From positions 21,576 through 85,575 of the forward strand of contig CAYJTB010000002.1 in NCBI GenBank assembly GCA_964372875.1: DNA of 64,000 nt. Reading direction: 5' to 3'. Both the position numbers and the translations under genes were made by a program. The stretch is from an uncultured bacterium. Lineage in GTDB: Bacteria; Omnitrophota; Omnitrophia; Omnitrophales; JACQLI01. The notes under the pieces were generated by a model, which saw only the letters and a list, made by a program, of their open reading frames with translations, searched no databases and had not been told where the DNA came from. Below are positions 51,671-60,227 of this stretch, in pieces. Within the stretch, counting starts at the first letter, position 1. Each line of letters starts with the position of its first letter.

Positions 51671-53006
51671 ACTTTTTTCTTCTTTGGCGATCTTTTTAGC
51701 CCTCGCCCTTTTTCCATCCTTTTCACTTTGGGCCCAAGAAGATTCTTATGACCGTTACGGCGCTGTCTGGCCCGAGGGCTCAGAATCTCCAAAATCAGCC
51801 GCAGGCATGCAAAATTTCAGGGATCGTTTTTTAACCTATCCCTTTGAAGTCATCAGATGGCCGTTCAATAAGACCCTTGTCTATGTGGAAGAAACTCACT
51901 TGAAAGACAAGGCGGATTGGATTTACGAACGCATGAAAGATTTCGGGATCACGCCCCGTGTCCACAAAGGAACCAGCGTTCGAGACGGGTTTGGCGGCGG
52001 TCTTAATCTGGAGTTTGTTAAATTTCTCCACTTAAAAGAATATTTTCCTGATCTGAGCGTTGAAGCTTCAGGGTTATGGACTGTTGATCCTATCGTTGCC
52101 TATGAACTTAAAGTAAGACAAGATAGAATCTTAGAATCAGGATTTTTTACGGGCGGGAATTTTAAATATGAAAACCGGGGAGATGAGCACTTTTATGGAA
52201 TGGGGCCTCATACGAGCCTGGGCGACGGCACCTCCTATAAATTGGAAAGAACCACTCTCGACGGCTTCTTGGGTTATGAGTTTTTAAATACCTGGAATGT
52301 CAAACAAACTTTTAGTTACCGCAACGTCAATATCTCGAACGGCCGAAAAGGGGGAAGGGGCGTCATTGATTCTATTTTTGTCGCAACAGGACGTCAGGAC
52401 ATTCCTGGCCTTGCGGGGGATCGGATCCTGAGTTGGGATATGAATCTTGAGCACGACAACCGCGATAGTAAAGATGCGCCCACCGAAGGAGGGTATGAAA
52501 GGTTACATTTTGGTGTCAATAAAGGAACAGAAAACAACACCGGTTATCTTAAATACCGCGCGGAAGCTGGACATTTCTTTAAATTATTTTCAGACCCTAG
52601 AGTCTTTGCTGTTCGTGGGTTAGCAGAACAAAATAATGGTTTTGGTGACCGCAATGTTCCTTTTTTCGAAATGGCGCGCCTGGGAGGCTACGGGGCCTAC
52701 CCCCGTTTCGGCGAGGCCCACCGCGGCTACATGCGCGACCGTTTTTATGACCAAGACCTTATTTTATTCAATATGGAATACCGGTGGGTCGCTTGGGAAT
52801 ACCGGAGCTGGACGATGGATTCGGTCCTTTTTTCTGACATCGGTCAGGTGTTTGACCGGTGGAGAGATTTTTCACTCGGTGATTTTCGAGTCTCTTATGG
52901 CATGGGATTCCGGCTTAATTTTGAAAAAACTCAGCTGATAGGTTTTGAAATTGCCCGGGCAAATGAAGGAATAGAACTTTATGTTACAACTAAAGCGCCG
53001 TTTTAA
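51615..53006 (+). CDS. Putative outer-membrane beta-barrel protein
   Basis: Signal peptide. Alternating aromatic beta-strand pattern. Terminal ...ELYVTTKAPF with C-terminal Phe. Confidence 0.45.
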   Translation: MNSIPLIKALKKNTAKIFRLFSSLAIFLALALFPSFSLWAQEDSYDRYGAVWPEGSESPKSAAGMQNFRDRFLTYPFEVIRWPFNKTLVYVEETHLKDKADWIYERMKDFGITPRVHKGTSVRDGFGGGLNLEFVKFLHLKEYFPDLSVEASGLWTVDPIVAYELKVRQDRILESGFFTGGNFKYENRGDEHFYGMGPHTSLGDGTSYKLERTTLDGFLGYEFLNTWNVKQTFSYRNVNISNGRKGGRGVIDSIFVATGRQDIPGLAGDRILSWDMNLEHDNRDSKDAPTEGGYERLHFGVNKGTENNTGYLKYRAEAGHFFKLFSDPRVFAVRGLAEQNNGFGDRNVPFFEMARLGGYGAYPRFGEAHRGYMRDRFYDQDLILFNMEYRWVAWEYRSWTMDSVLFSDIGQVFDRWRDFSLGDFRVSYGMGFRLNFEKTQLIGFEIARANEGIELYVTTKAPF

Positions 53007-54645
53007 GGTCTTCGGCCTTTTTATCTTGCTGGTTTTTTTGGCGACGGGTGTTTGTGCTGAGACCGCCTCAACAAAAACTTCTTATTCCAAAAGACAAGCC
53101 GGACTCTACCGTGATGTGTCAGACCAAAACATTTATTATGAAGGTATTCAATACCTTCGTCTGGATAGATTTTATCGCCTTCTTGGCCGGGAAAAACGTG
53201 CGTTGGACATTAATGTTTTCGATGAAGTTCCGGACTCAAATTTCTTCATCAATCGTCATGGCCGTTCCCGGATGTCTTTAGAGGAATTAAAAAAAGGCCC
53301 CGGGGTAACTGACGGTCCCGATACCTCGGGTCTTTGGACGATCACCAAAGGCAAATTTGACGGTATTACCCCCGGCTTTTTCATTGAGGATGCCAAAGGC
53401 GATAAGTATCTTTTGAAATTTGATCCTGTGGATTCGCTGGAGCTGGGAACGGGGGCAGAGGCCATCGCAAGCCGGTTTCTCTATGCCATGGGCTACAATA
53501 TTCCTCAATACACCATCGTTGAATTCAACAAGGATCAGCTCGCGATCAGCGAAGGGGCGAAGGTTTTTGACGAGACCGGTTTCCGGGTGCACCTCACCCC
53601 GGAAAAACTGGATCAGTTTTTGCTTTTTGTTCCTCAAACCAAAGACGGATCCTACCGTGCTTCAGCAAGCCGCATCATCAAGGGAGAAATTTTAGGTCCT
53701 ATGAAATTTCAAGGCAGGCGGGAAAAAGATCCGCAGGACCCCATCAATCACGAAGACCGGCGCGTGATTCGGGCTCTTCAAGTATTTAACGCATGGATCA
53801 ATAATAATGATGTGAGGGAAAGTAATTCTCTGGATGTCGTCCAGGAAAAGGACGGCAAGGAAGAAATTGTGCATTACCTTATCGATTTCAATTCAAGCCT
53901 TGGGGCTACTCCGCGGGGAGCTAAGTCTCCGCAATTCGGGCATGAACACATGCTGGATTACGGTGAAACGGCCAAAGCAGTTTTGACGCTCGGCCTTCGG
54001 GACAAGCCCTGGCAGAAACGTTGGGATGAAGCCAATAGAGAAGTAGCTTCGCCCGCCGTGGGTTATTTCGATAACAGCCACTTTGATCCTGGAAAATTCA
54101 AGACCCAACTTCCTTACTATGCCTTTAAAGATTTAACCCGAGCGGACGCCTTTTGGGCGGCCAAAATCATCATGAGTTTTACAAATGAAGAAATCCAGGA
54201 AATTGTTTCGCAGGGAAAATTTTCCGATCCAAAGACCGCGGAAGAAATCGTAAAAATTCTTATCCAGCGCCGGGATCTGATGGGCCGGTATTGGTTTTCA
54301 CAGGCAAACCCGTTTGATCATTTTGAACTTGCCCCATCCGGCGATTCCTACGAGCTCCATTTTGACAATCTGGCTGTCAAATACGGCTTTGTCGATGCTG
54401 GTAAAAGCCTTTACCGTTTTGAAGTCTTCGCCCCAAAAGGGAAAAAAGAAAAAAGAATCGCCAAAGAAGAAACGACCGAGCCCGTTTTTAAGATCAACTC
54501 ACATCTTTTCAGCGAGCATCCCTCCTTGGACGTTGCGATCAGAACCCGCAGGCCCGAGGCCAAAGAATGGAGTCCCTTTGTGCGTGTTCGGATTCGTAAC
54601 GATGCCGGGGGCCCGCAAATTGCCGGCATCGCTCACGAAGACTGA
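52981..54645 (+). CDS. Secreted protein of unknown function
   Basis: Signal peptide MLQLKRRFKVFGLFILLVFLATGVCAE. 554-aa ORF; no domain recognised. Confidence 0.4.
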   Translation: MLQLKRRFKVFGLFILLVFLATGVCAETASTKTSYSKRQAGLYRDVSDQNIYYEGIQYLRLDRFYRLLGREKRALDINVFDEVPDSNFFINRHGRSRMSLEELKKGPGVTDGPDTSGLWTITKGKFDGITPGFFIEDAKGDKYLLKFDPVDSLELGTGAEAIASRFLYAMGYNIPQYTIVEFNKDQLAISEGAKVFDETGFRVHLTPEKLDQFLLFVPQTKDGSYRASASRIIKGEILGPMKFQGRREKDPQDPINHEDRRVIRALQVFNAWINNNDVRESNSLDVVQEKDGKEEIVHYLIDFNSSLGATPRGAKSPQFGHEHMLDYGETAKAVLTLGLRDKPWQKRWDEANREVASPAVGYFDNSHFDPGKFKTQLPYYAFKDLTRADAFWAAKIIMSFTNEEIQEIVSQGKFSDPKTAEEIVKILIQRRDLMGRYWFSQANPFDHFELAPSGDSYELHFDNLAVKYGFVDAGKSLYRFEVFAPKGKKEKRIAKEETTEPVFKINSHLFSEHPSLDVAIRTRRPEAKEWSPFVRVRIRNDAGGPQIAGIAHED

Positions 54646-54658
54646 AAAACCGAGTTCT

Positions 54659-55558
54659 ATGTTTTCTATTCTAAACCGTATTGGTCAAACCCCTCTGGTT
54701 CGTCTCAAAAAAATTCTCCCTCAAGGAACACCCTCTTCCGTTGAAGTGTACGCGAAGGCGGAATTGTTTAATCCTGGCGGTTCGGTCAAGGACCGGGCTG
54801 CCTGGAAAATGATCCAACAAGGAGAGGCAAAAGGGGAGTTTCGAGCAGGTAAAATTCTTATCGATTCAACCTCCGGCAATACGGGGATTGCCTATGCATG
54901 GATCGGGGCAGCCAGGGGTTTTCCCGTTGAGCTCGTGGTTCCAAAGAATGTGAGCGAAGAACGCAAAAAAATTATGAGCGGATTCGGAGCGAAGATTATT
55001 TACTCAGATCCTTTATTGGGTTCTGACGGTGCGCGGGAACTCGTAGAAGAAATCATAAAAAAAGATTCGAGCAAATATTTTTTCCCGGATCAATACAGCA
55101 ACGCCTGTAATTGGAAGGCTCATTATGAAACCACGGGGCCGGAGATTTGGGAACAGACCCAAAGAAAGGTCACCCATTTTGTCGCGGGTCTTGGCACCAG
55201 CGGGACCATGATGGGGACCAGCCGGTTTCTTAAAGAAAAAAATCCCAAGGTTTTTGCCTTGGCCGTTCAGCCGGAATCTTTTCACGGCTTGGAAGGGCTT
55301 AAAAATATGGAGTCCGCCCTCCCGGTTCCTATTTATGAACCGAAGCGCCACGACGCAAAAATTACTGTAGAAACTGAACCCGCCTATGAACTCACACGCC
55401 GCCTTGCCCGGGAAGAAGGGTTATGGGTCGGACCTTCTTCGGGGGCAGCGCTTTTGGGCGTCTTCGAACTTCTCAAGACCGTCAAAGAAGGAGTGATCGT
55501 CGCTCTCTTTCCAGACGGAGGAGATACCTATTTGAGTACCCAGCTTTGGGAAGTCTAG
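54659..55558 (+). CDS. cysM: Cysteine synthase B-like (CysM-type; possibly sulfur-carrier-dependent)
   Basis: I chose the internal ATG 54659 because the upstream 115 codons are a low-complexity extension. KAELFNPGGSVKDR PLP-Lys. SGNTGIAYA. Confidence 0.75.
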   Translation: MFSILNRIGQTPLVRLKKILPQGTPSSVEVYAKAELFNPGGSVKDRAAWKMIQQGEAKGEFRAGKILIDSTSGNTGIAYAWIGAARGFPVELVVPKNVSEERKKIMSGFGAKIIYSDPLLGSDGARELVEEIIKKDSSKYFFPDQYSNACNWKAHYETTGPEIWEQTQRKVTHFVAGLGTSGTMMGTSRFLKEKNPKVFALAVQPESFHGLEGLKNMESALPVPIYEPKRHDAKITVETEPAYELTRRLAREEGLWVGPSSGAALLGVFELLKTVKEGVIVALFPDGGDTYLSTQLWEV

Positions 55559-56016
55559 TGAATGTGATTATTCCCTCCGAATATCTCCAAGAAATCCGCC
55601 TTCAGGCAGAAGCCGATTATCCTAACGAAACTTGCGGAATCTTGTTGAGTCCTAAAAATCAAAAAGACCAATTATCCGCTATTTTCCCCTGCCGCAATGT
55701 CCAAGATGAGTATCATGCCCAAGACCCCGTAAGCTTTCCTAGAACCGCTCGTACCGCCTACTTTATTGATCCCAAGGACCTTTTGAAAATCCAGAGGGCG
55801 GCCCGGGAAACAAATACTGAGATGCGGGTCATTTATCATTCCCATGTCGAGGCAGGGGCTTATTTTTCCGACGAGGACCAGCGGATTGCCATTTCAGAAG
55901 GCCGGCCCGCTTACCCCGGCGTTACTTACTTGGTGGTATCGGTGTGCGAAAAAAAGGTTCAAGAAACAGCCCTTTTTGACTGGGATGATCAATCAAAATC
56001 TTATAAAAAAATTTAA
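55558..56016 (+). CDS. JAMM/MPN+ metalloprotease (Mec+/CysO-peptidase-like)
   Basis: E...HSHVEAGAYFSDED fits E-x(n)-HxH-x(7)-S-x(2)-D. GTG start overlapping the cysM stop. Confidence 0.65.
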   Translation: MNVIIPSEYLQEIRLQAEADYPNETCGILLSPKNQKDQLSAIFPCRNVQDEYHAQDPVSFPRTARTAYFIDPKDLLKIQRAARETNTEMRVIYHSHVEAGAYFSDEDQRIAISEGRPAYPGVTYLVVSVCEKKVQETALFDWDDQSKSYKKI

Positions 56017-56056
56017 GATAAAACCGTCTTCGCCGATATAATGGAGTAATTATAAT

Positions 56057-57787
56057 ATGTCTCAATCTACCCGAACACTCTTTATAGGTTTTGTCGTTGG
56101 GTTCCTCTTTGGACTCGTACTCATCGGCGTCATCAGGCCTCGTGGCATTCGTCCCTCCGATCGAGTCATAGCTAAGTTTGGTGGTGTCGAGCTCAAAGAG
56201 AATGAACTCAGAGAACGAATTGCAGAGCAGCTTGCACCCGCTGAAAATGAAGAATATCGAAGTCTCCAGGCGGGCGCCCAAGATTGGATCAATACCGGGC
56301 TTTTAGAAAAGGAAGCCAAAGCCCGAGGCGTTGATATCAAAGAAATCTATAAAGATGTCTGGAACCGCGTGCATGTCGGCTATGAGGATATGCTGCAAGT
56401 CTATAAGCAAAACAAGGAAAGTTATGGCAATCAGCCCTTTGAGCAGGCAAGCGGTTTGATCGCCTCGCAGTTGCGTACCATCAAATATGGCGAAGCGAAG
56501 AAAGCTTATGTCCAAGAACTTCATAAAAAATATCACGCCGAGATTTTCTTAGAAAAACCAAAAATTCTTATCGAGGGTTCAGCCCTGCCAATCCAACTTA
56601 AAATAGGCGAATCGGCCGCGGTGCAGGTAGAGGGAGACAAGATTCAGCCGGAAGCCCCCTCGGTTAAAACAGGAGCCGCCCCCGAGGTTGGGGTCGGCGC
56701 AAAGGGTGCTCCTGCCAAGGGATCGCCTAGTGCGCCTATCAAGATGGTTGAATTTGCAGATTTTCACTGTCATTTTTGCAGAAAAGTTGCCGCGACTTTG
56801 GAAAAAGTTGTGCAAAATTATCCTGACAAGGTTCAGTTAATCTTTCGGCATTACCCTCTTTCGCCTTCTCCTGGGAGCGAGTCCTTTTTAACCCATGAGG
56901 CGTCCGCTTGCGCAAATGAGCAAGGTAAATTTTGGGAATTTTACGATGAAATTTATAAAACCGAATCTTCTCCAAAGCCTGATGATTTGGAAGGTCTGGC
57001 CTCCAACGTTGGTCTGGATATGGGAAAATATAAAGAATGCATGCAGAGCCACCGTTATCAAAGCGCTATTCAAAATGATATTGCCGCAGGAAAAGCAAAA
57101 GGGGTCCAAGGTACACCCACGATTTTTGTCAATGAGGAAACCGTCAACGGCGCTTATCCTTATGAATATTTTGTGGATCTAGTTAATAACATTCTCACCC
57201 CGGGAAAAGTTAAGCCCACCCAAAAACCTGCCCAGCCCTCACCGGCCGCGGAAGGCCCCGTTCAATTTAATAACGATGACTTAAAAGGCAGACCCAGCAT
57301 AGGACCTGACAATGCACCCATCACGATCGTAGAATTCAGCGATTTTCATTGTCCTTTCTGTAAACGCGTGGGCCCCACCTTGGAACAAGTCATGAAAAAC
57401 TACAAAGGCAAAGTCCGGAGGGTTTGGCGTCATTATCCTCTTCCCATGCATGCCGGAGCCGACCGCACCCATCAAGCCTCGGAATGCGCCCATGAACAAG
57501 GCAAATTCTGGCAATACCACGACAAAATTTTTGAGACCCAAGGTCCGAAGCATGACCAGTTACTTACGGAAATTTCGAAACAAGTAGGACTCGATCAAAA
57601 GAAATTTGAGAAATGTCTCTCCCAAGGCAAATACAAAAATCTTATTCAACAGGAAATTGCCGAAGGCAGCAAAGTGGGAGTCCGGGGTACGCCTACTCTT
57701 TTTGTCAACGGTCAAAGACTTCCCGGAGCCGTACCTTATGAAAGTTTCGACTCAATTATCAAGAGCGAATTAGCAAAAAAATCTTAA
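56057..57787 (+). CDS. Membrane-anchored protein with an N-terminal chaperone-like region and two DsbA-like thioredoxin domains
   Basis: N-terminal TM. Two CxxC motifs in DsbA context (DFHCHFCRK and DFHCPFCKR). Confidence 0.6.
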   Translation: MSQSTRTLFIGFVVGFLFGLVLIGVIRPRGIRPSDRVIAKFGGVELKENELRERIAEQLAPAENEEYRSLQAGAQDWINTGLLEKEAKARGVDIKEIYKDVWNRVHVGYEDMLQVYKQNKESYGNQPFEQASGLIASQLRTIKYGEAKKAYVQELHKKYHAEIFLEKPKILIEGSALPIQLKIGESAAVQVEGDKIQPEAPSVKTGAAPEVGVGAKGAPAKGSPSAPIKMVEFADFHCHFCRKVAATLEKVVQNYPDKVQLIFRHYPLSPSPGSESFLTHEASACANEQGKFWEFYDEIYKTESSPKPDDLEGLASNVGLDMGKYKECMQSHRYQSAIQNDIAAGKAKGVQGTPTIFVNEETVNGAYPYEYFVDLVNNILTPGKVKPTQKPAQPSPAAEGPVQFNNDDLKGRPSIGPDNAPITIVEFSDFHCPFCKRVGPTLEQVMKNYKGKVRRVWRHYPLPMHAGADRTHQASECAHEQGKFWQYHDKIFETQGPKHDQLLTEISKQVGLDQKKFEKCLSQGKYKNLIQQEIAEGSKVGVRGTPTLFVNGQRLPGAVPYESFDSIIKSELAKKS

Positions 57788-57825
57788 TCCTCTAACGAGA
57801 TTTCTCGTTCTATGAGGGCCTTGCA

Positions 57826-58335
57826 ATGAAGCAAATTGTCCAGCGGCTTCTAAGACTACTTCCCATCTTATTTATGTGTGCGGGGGTGAATGTTTACGCC
57901 GAGGAAATCGTTCAGCTCGAGATTATTTCCCAAACCGCGGGTTCTTTCACTGCAAACCAATCTTCCTTTACTTTAACGTTCCCTGATTTTAAAAAAAATG
58001 CGGTGACAAATTCTGTAAGCGTCGGTTATTCCATCCAGGGTAATGAGGTCTTACGTACGGATGACGTGGTGATGGCAAGACTTGACGCCTCCTTTGATAA
58101 TATTGCTTTTGAAGCCCTTTTTGCCTCTTATACTGCAAATGGCGGGGACGCTACCTTGGCTGCTTCACAATCCGATTTCATCGCCGTCGGCACCAACGAG
58201 GTAGGGATTGTCCGAAAAGAAGGCGGGCAAATGCTCGACGGAAGCTTTGTCGTTACCTATCGGGCCCAGGCCCTTGAAGATCAGCCTGCGGGAGAAGAAG
58301 TTAGGACCTTAACGGTAACTTTCGCGCCGACTTAA
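57826..58335 (+). CDS. Secreted beta-rich pilin-like subunit (SCPU/archaic chaperone-usher-like), paralog of 63338
   Basis: Signal peptide. SSFTLTFPDF...TLTVTFAPT C-terminus, aligning with 63338 SSFTLAFQDF...ILNITLTTI. Confidence 0.4.
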   Translation: MKQIVQRLLRLLPILFMCAGVNVYAEEIVQLEIISQTAGSFTANQSSFTLTFPDFKKNAVTNSVSVGYSIQGNEVLRTDDVVMARLDASFDNIAFEALFASYTANGGDATLAASQSDFIAVGTNEVGIVRKEGGQMLDGSFVVTYRAQALEDQPAGEEVRTLTVTFAPT

Positions 58336-58343
58336 AGAAAACG

Positions 58344-58871
58344 ATGATACAAAAAAAAGCATTTTTTCTTATGGGGATATTCGGTACCCTGCTTTTTCTT
58401 CCCCTCAATGGGTTGTGGGCGGATACCGAGATAAAGATTGTCAGAATTTTATTTGAAATCGAACCGGTGACCGCCATGAAAGTCGCTTCCGATACCGGCG
58501 TCAAGGCGGTTCAGTTGGGCCCCCTTTCTCCTCACGCGGAAGTGCCCGCTCAATCGCTTGAGGTCTCCATTTTGTCGAACATCCGTCAATCCTATCAAAT
58601 CTATCACCGCCTGGAGGAAGATGTCACGAATGCCAGGGGAACAAAATTTCCTCATGAAAAATTACTTTTTATGGTGGCAGGAGGAAAAGAAGGAGGGACG
58701 AGTGCGTTTTCCGGTTTGTCCAGCATCCCTTCGGGCGAGACTTTAATTTTCCGTTCAAAACCGGATGGCGGTTCGGATGTTTTTCGCATTTTATATTCGG
58801 TAGAAAATACGAAACTTTTCGAGGCGGGTCTCTACTATGGTAATATTTATCTCGATATTCGAACAGAATAA
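58344..58871 (+). CDS. Secreted SCPU-like subunit, paralog of 58837
   Basis: C-terminal ...SGETLIFRSKPDGGSDVFRILYSVE...EAGLYYGNIYLDIRTE. Confidence 0.4.
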   Translation: MIQKKAFFLMGIFGTLLFLPLNGLWADTEIKIVRILFEIEPVTAMKVASDTGVKAVQLGPLSPHAEVPAQSLEVSILSNIRQSYQIYHRLEEDVTNARGTKFPHEKLLFMVAGGKEGGTSAFSGLSSIPSGETLIFRSKPDGGSDVFRILYSVENTKLFEAGLYYGNIYLDIRTE

Positions 58872-59376
58872 GAAAATTTTAGCGTTGTCTTGGCTCCTCC
58901 TTTTAGGGGCTGGGTTTTTTGTCCCTAGGGCGTGGGCCGCGGATGAGATCAACCTTCAAGTTACCTTTATTGAAGGTGGAGATTCACTCGATTTTGGCCG
59001 ATTAAGAAATTTAGAAACTGACGGCACGCCTACCACCGAGGCGGCCACTCGTCAAGTGAGACTAAACATTGATCCTGTGGGGGGAAGCTTGAAGTCCTAT
59101 ATCGTTACTCAAATTGTCCAAGAAACTCCGGCCAATCAAGTCGGTACTCCCGTTCCGCTCGATACCGTTTTATATCGTGTTCAAGAAGAAGTTGGATCTG
59201 GAGTCGTAAGAGTCCCCAACCAAACTCCTTTGGTTTCCGGAGAGGAAGAAATTTATCGCTCCAGCCCCACGGGGGGATCCTCTCAACTCCTTGTAATCTA
59301 TGATCTTGCAGCATCTCCGCAGCAGGAAGCAGGCAGTTATTCGGGAAGCATTGCCTATAGGGTTTCTGCGGTATGA
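58837..59376 (+). CDS. Secreted SCPU-like subunit
   Basis: C-terminal ...SGEEEIYRSSPTGGSSQLLVIYDLA...EAGSYSGSIAYRVSAV, the G-x-Y-x-G/D-x-V/I-x-V ending typical of spore-coat-U/Csu pilins. Confidence 0.4.
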   Translation: MVIFISIFEQNKKILALSWLLLLGAGFFVPRAWAADEINLQVTFIEGGDSLDFGRLRNLETDGTPTTEAATRQVRLNIDPVGGSLKSYIVTQIVQETPANQVGTPVPLDTVLYRVQEEVGSGVVRVPNQTPLVSGEEEIYRSSPTGGSSQLLVIYDLAASPQQEAGSYSGSIAYRVSAV

Positions 59377-60227
59377 AGAAAATATTTCTTGTTATATTTT
59401 TTCTCTGCCTTGGAAGCTTGTCTCTTTTTGCTGAAGAGGCCGCTGCGCCCGCTAAAAAAGGATTCGGTGTTTCTATTTCACCTTCGCTGATTCGTCTGAC
59501 CGGTAAACCTGGGCAGGCCCAAAATGCTACGGTTCGGGTATTGAATAATGGAGTAAGCCCTACGCAAGTCATTACGGATATGAGCGATGTAGGCAACATG
59601 GTCGACAAAGAAGGAAGATTGACCCGCCAATTTCCCCCCGCAGGAACCACTCCATTTTCCTGCGCGAAGTGGACGCTTCTACGAGAAAATCAATTTATGC
59701 TCGGGCCCAAACAATTCAAAGATGTCACCTTTGTCATTTCTCCTCCCGCGGACAGTGTGGGAGGTTCGGCATGCGTTGTTTTTTTTAAAGGGATTCCTCC
59801 GCCCGAAGACAGTACAGGCGAGGCCGGCAAATACGCGCAGGCAACGATACAAATCCAACCGCGTCTCGGAGCCATGGTTTTTTATGAGATCGAAGGCACC
59901 GTCCGGCGGACCGCCAAACTCCTTGATATCAAATCCGATCCCCCCACCGCAGACACTCCTTTAAAAATTCACTATACTTTTAAGAACACGGGCAACACGG
60001 ATGTTCTGATCTCGGGCACGTTTTATATTTTGGATTCCAACAAAACTTTGGTCACCAAAGGAGATTTAAAAACCATCCGGATGTTTCCCGGCGATGAAGG
60101 CGCGAGCGAGACAGAGTCCACCGTCAGTTCCCTTTCATCCGGAAAATATCAATTGGTGGTAAGTTTTGAGTTGGGGCCCAATGTCCGGGAGGTGATTGTT
60201 AAGGAGCTTGAATTTTCAATTCCCTAG
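59373..60227 (+). CDS. Periplasmic protein, candidate pilus chaperone (tentative)
   Basis: Signal peptide. 284 aa, beta-rich, sits between subunit genes and the large OM protein. No motif verified. Confidence 0.3.
   Translation: MKKIFLVIFFLCLGSLSLFAEEAAAPAKKGFGVSISPSLIRLTGKPGQAQNATVRVLNNGVSPTQVITDMSDVGNMVDKEGRLTRQFPPAGTTPFSCAKWTLLRENQFMLGPKQFKDVTFVISPPADSVGGSACVVFFKGIPPPEDSTGEAGKYAQATIQIQPRLGAMVFYEIEGTVRRTAKLLDIKSDPPTADTPLKIHYTFKNTGNTDVLISGTFYILDSNKTLVTKGDLKTIRMFPGDEGASETESTVSSLSSGKYQLVVSFELGPNVREVIVKELEFSIP

Noticed and set aside
54314-54658. 115-codon N-terminal extension of cysM
   Set aside because: Lys-rich low-complexity translation across the end of the previous gene. The CysM homology starts at MFSILNRIGQTPLV.
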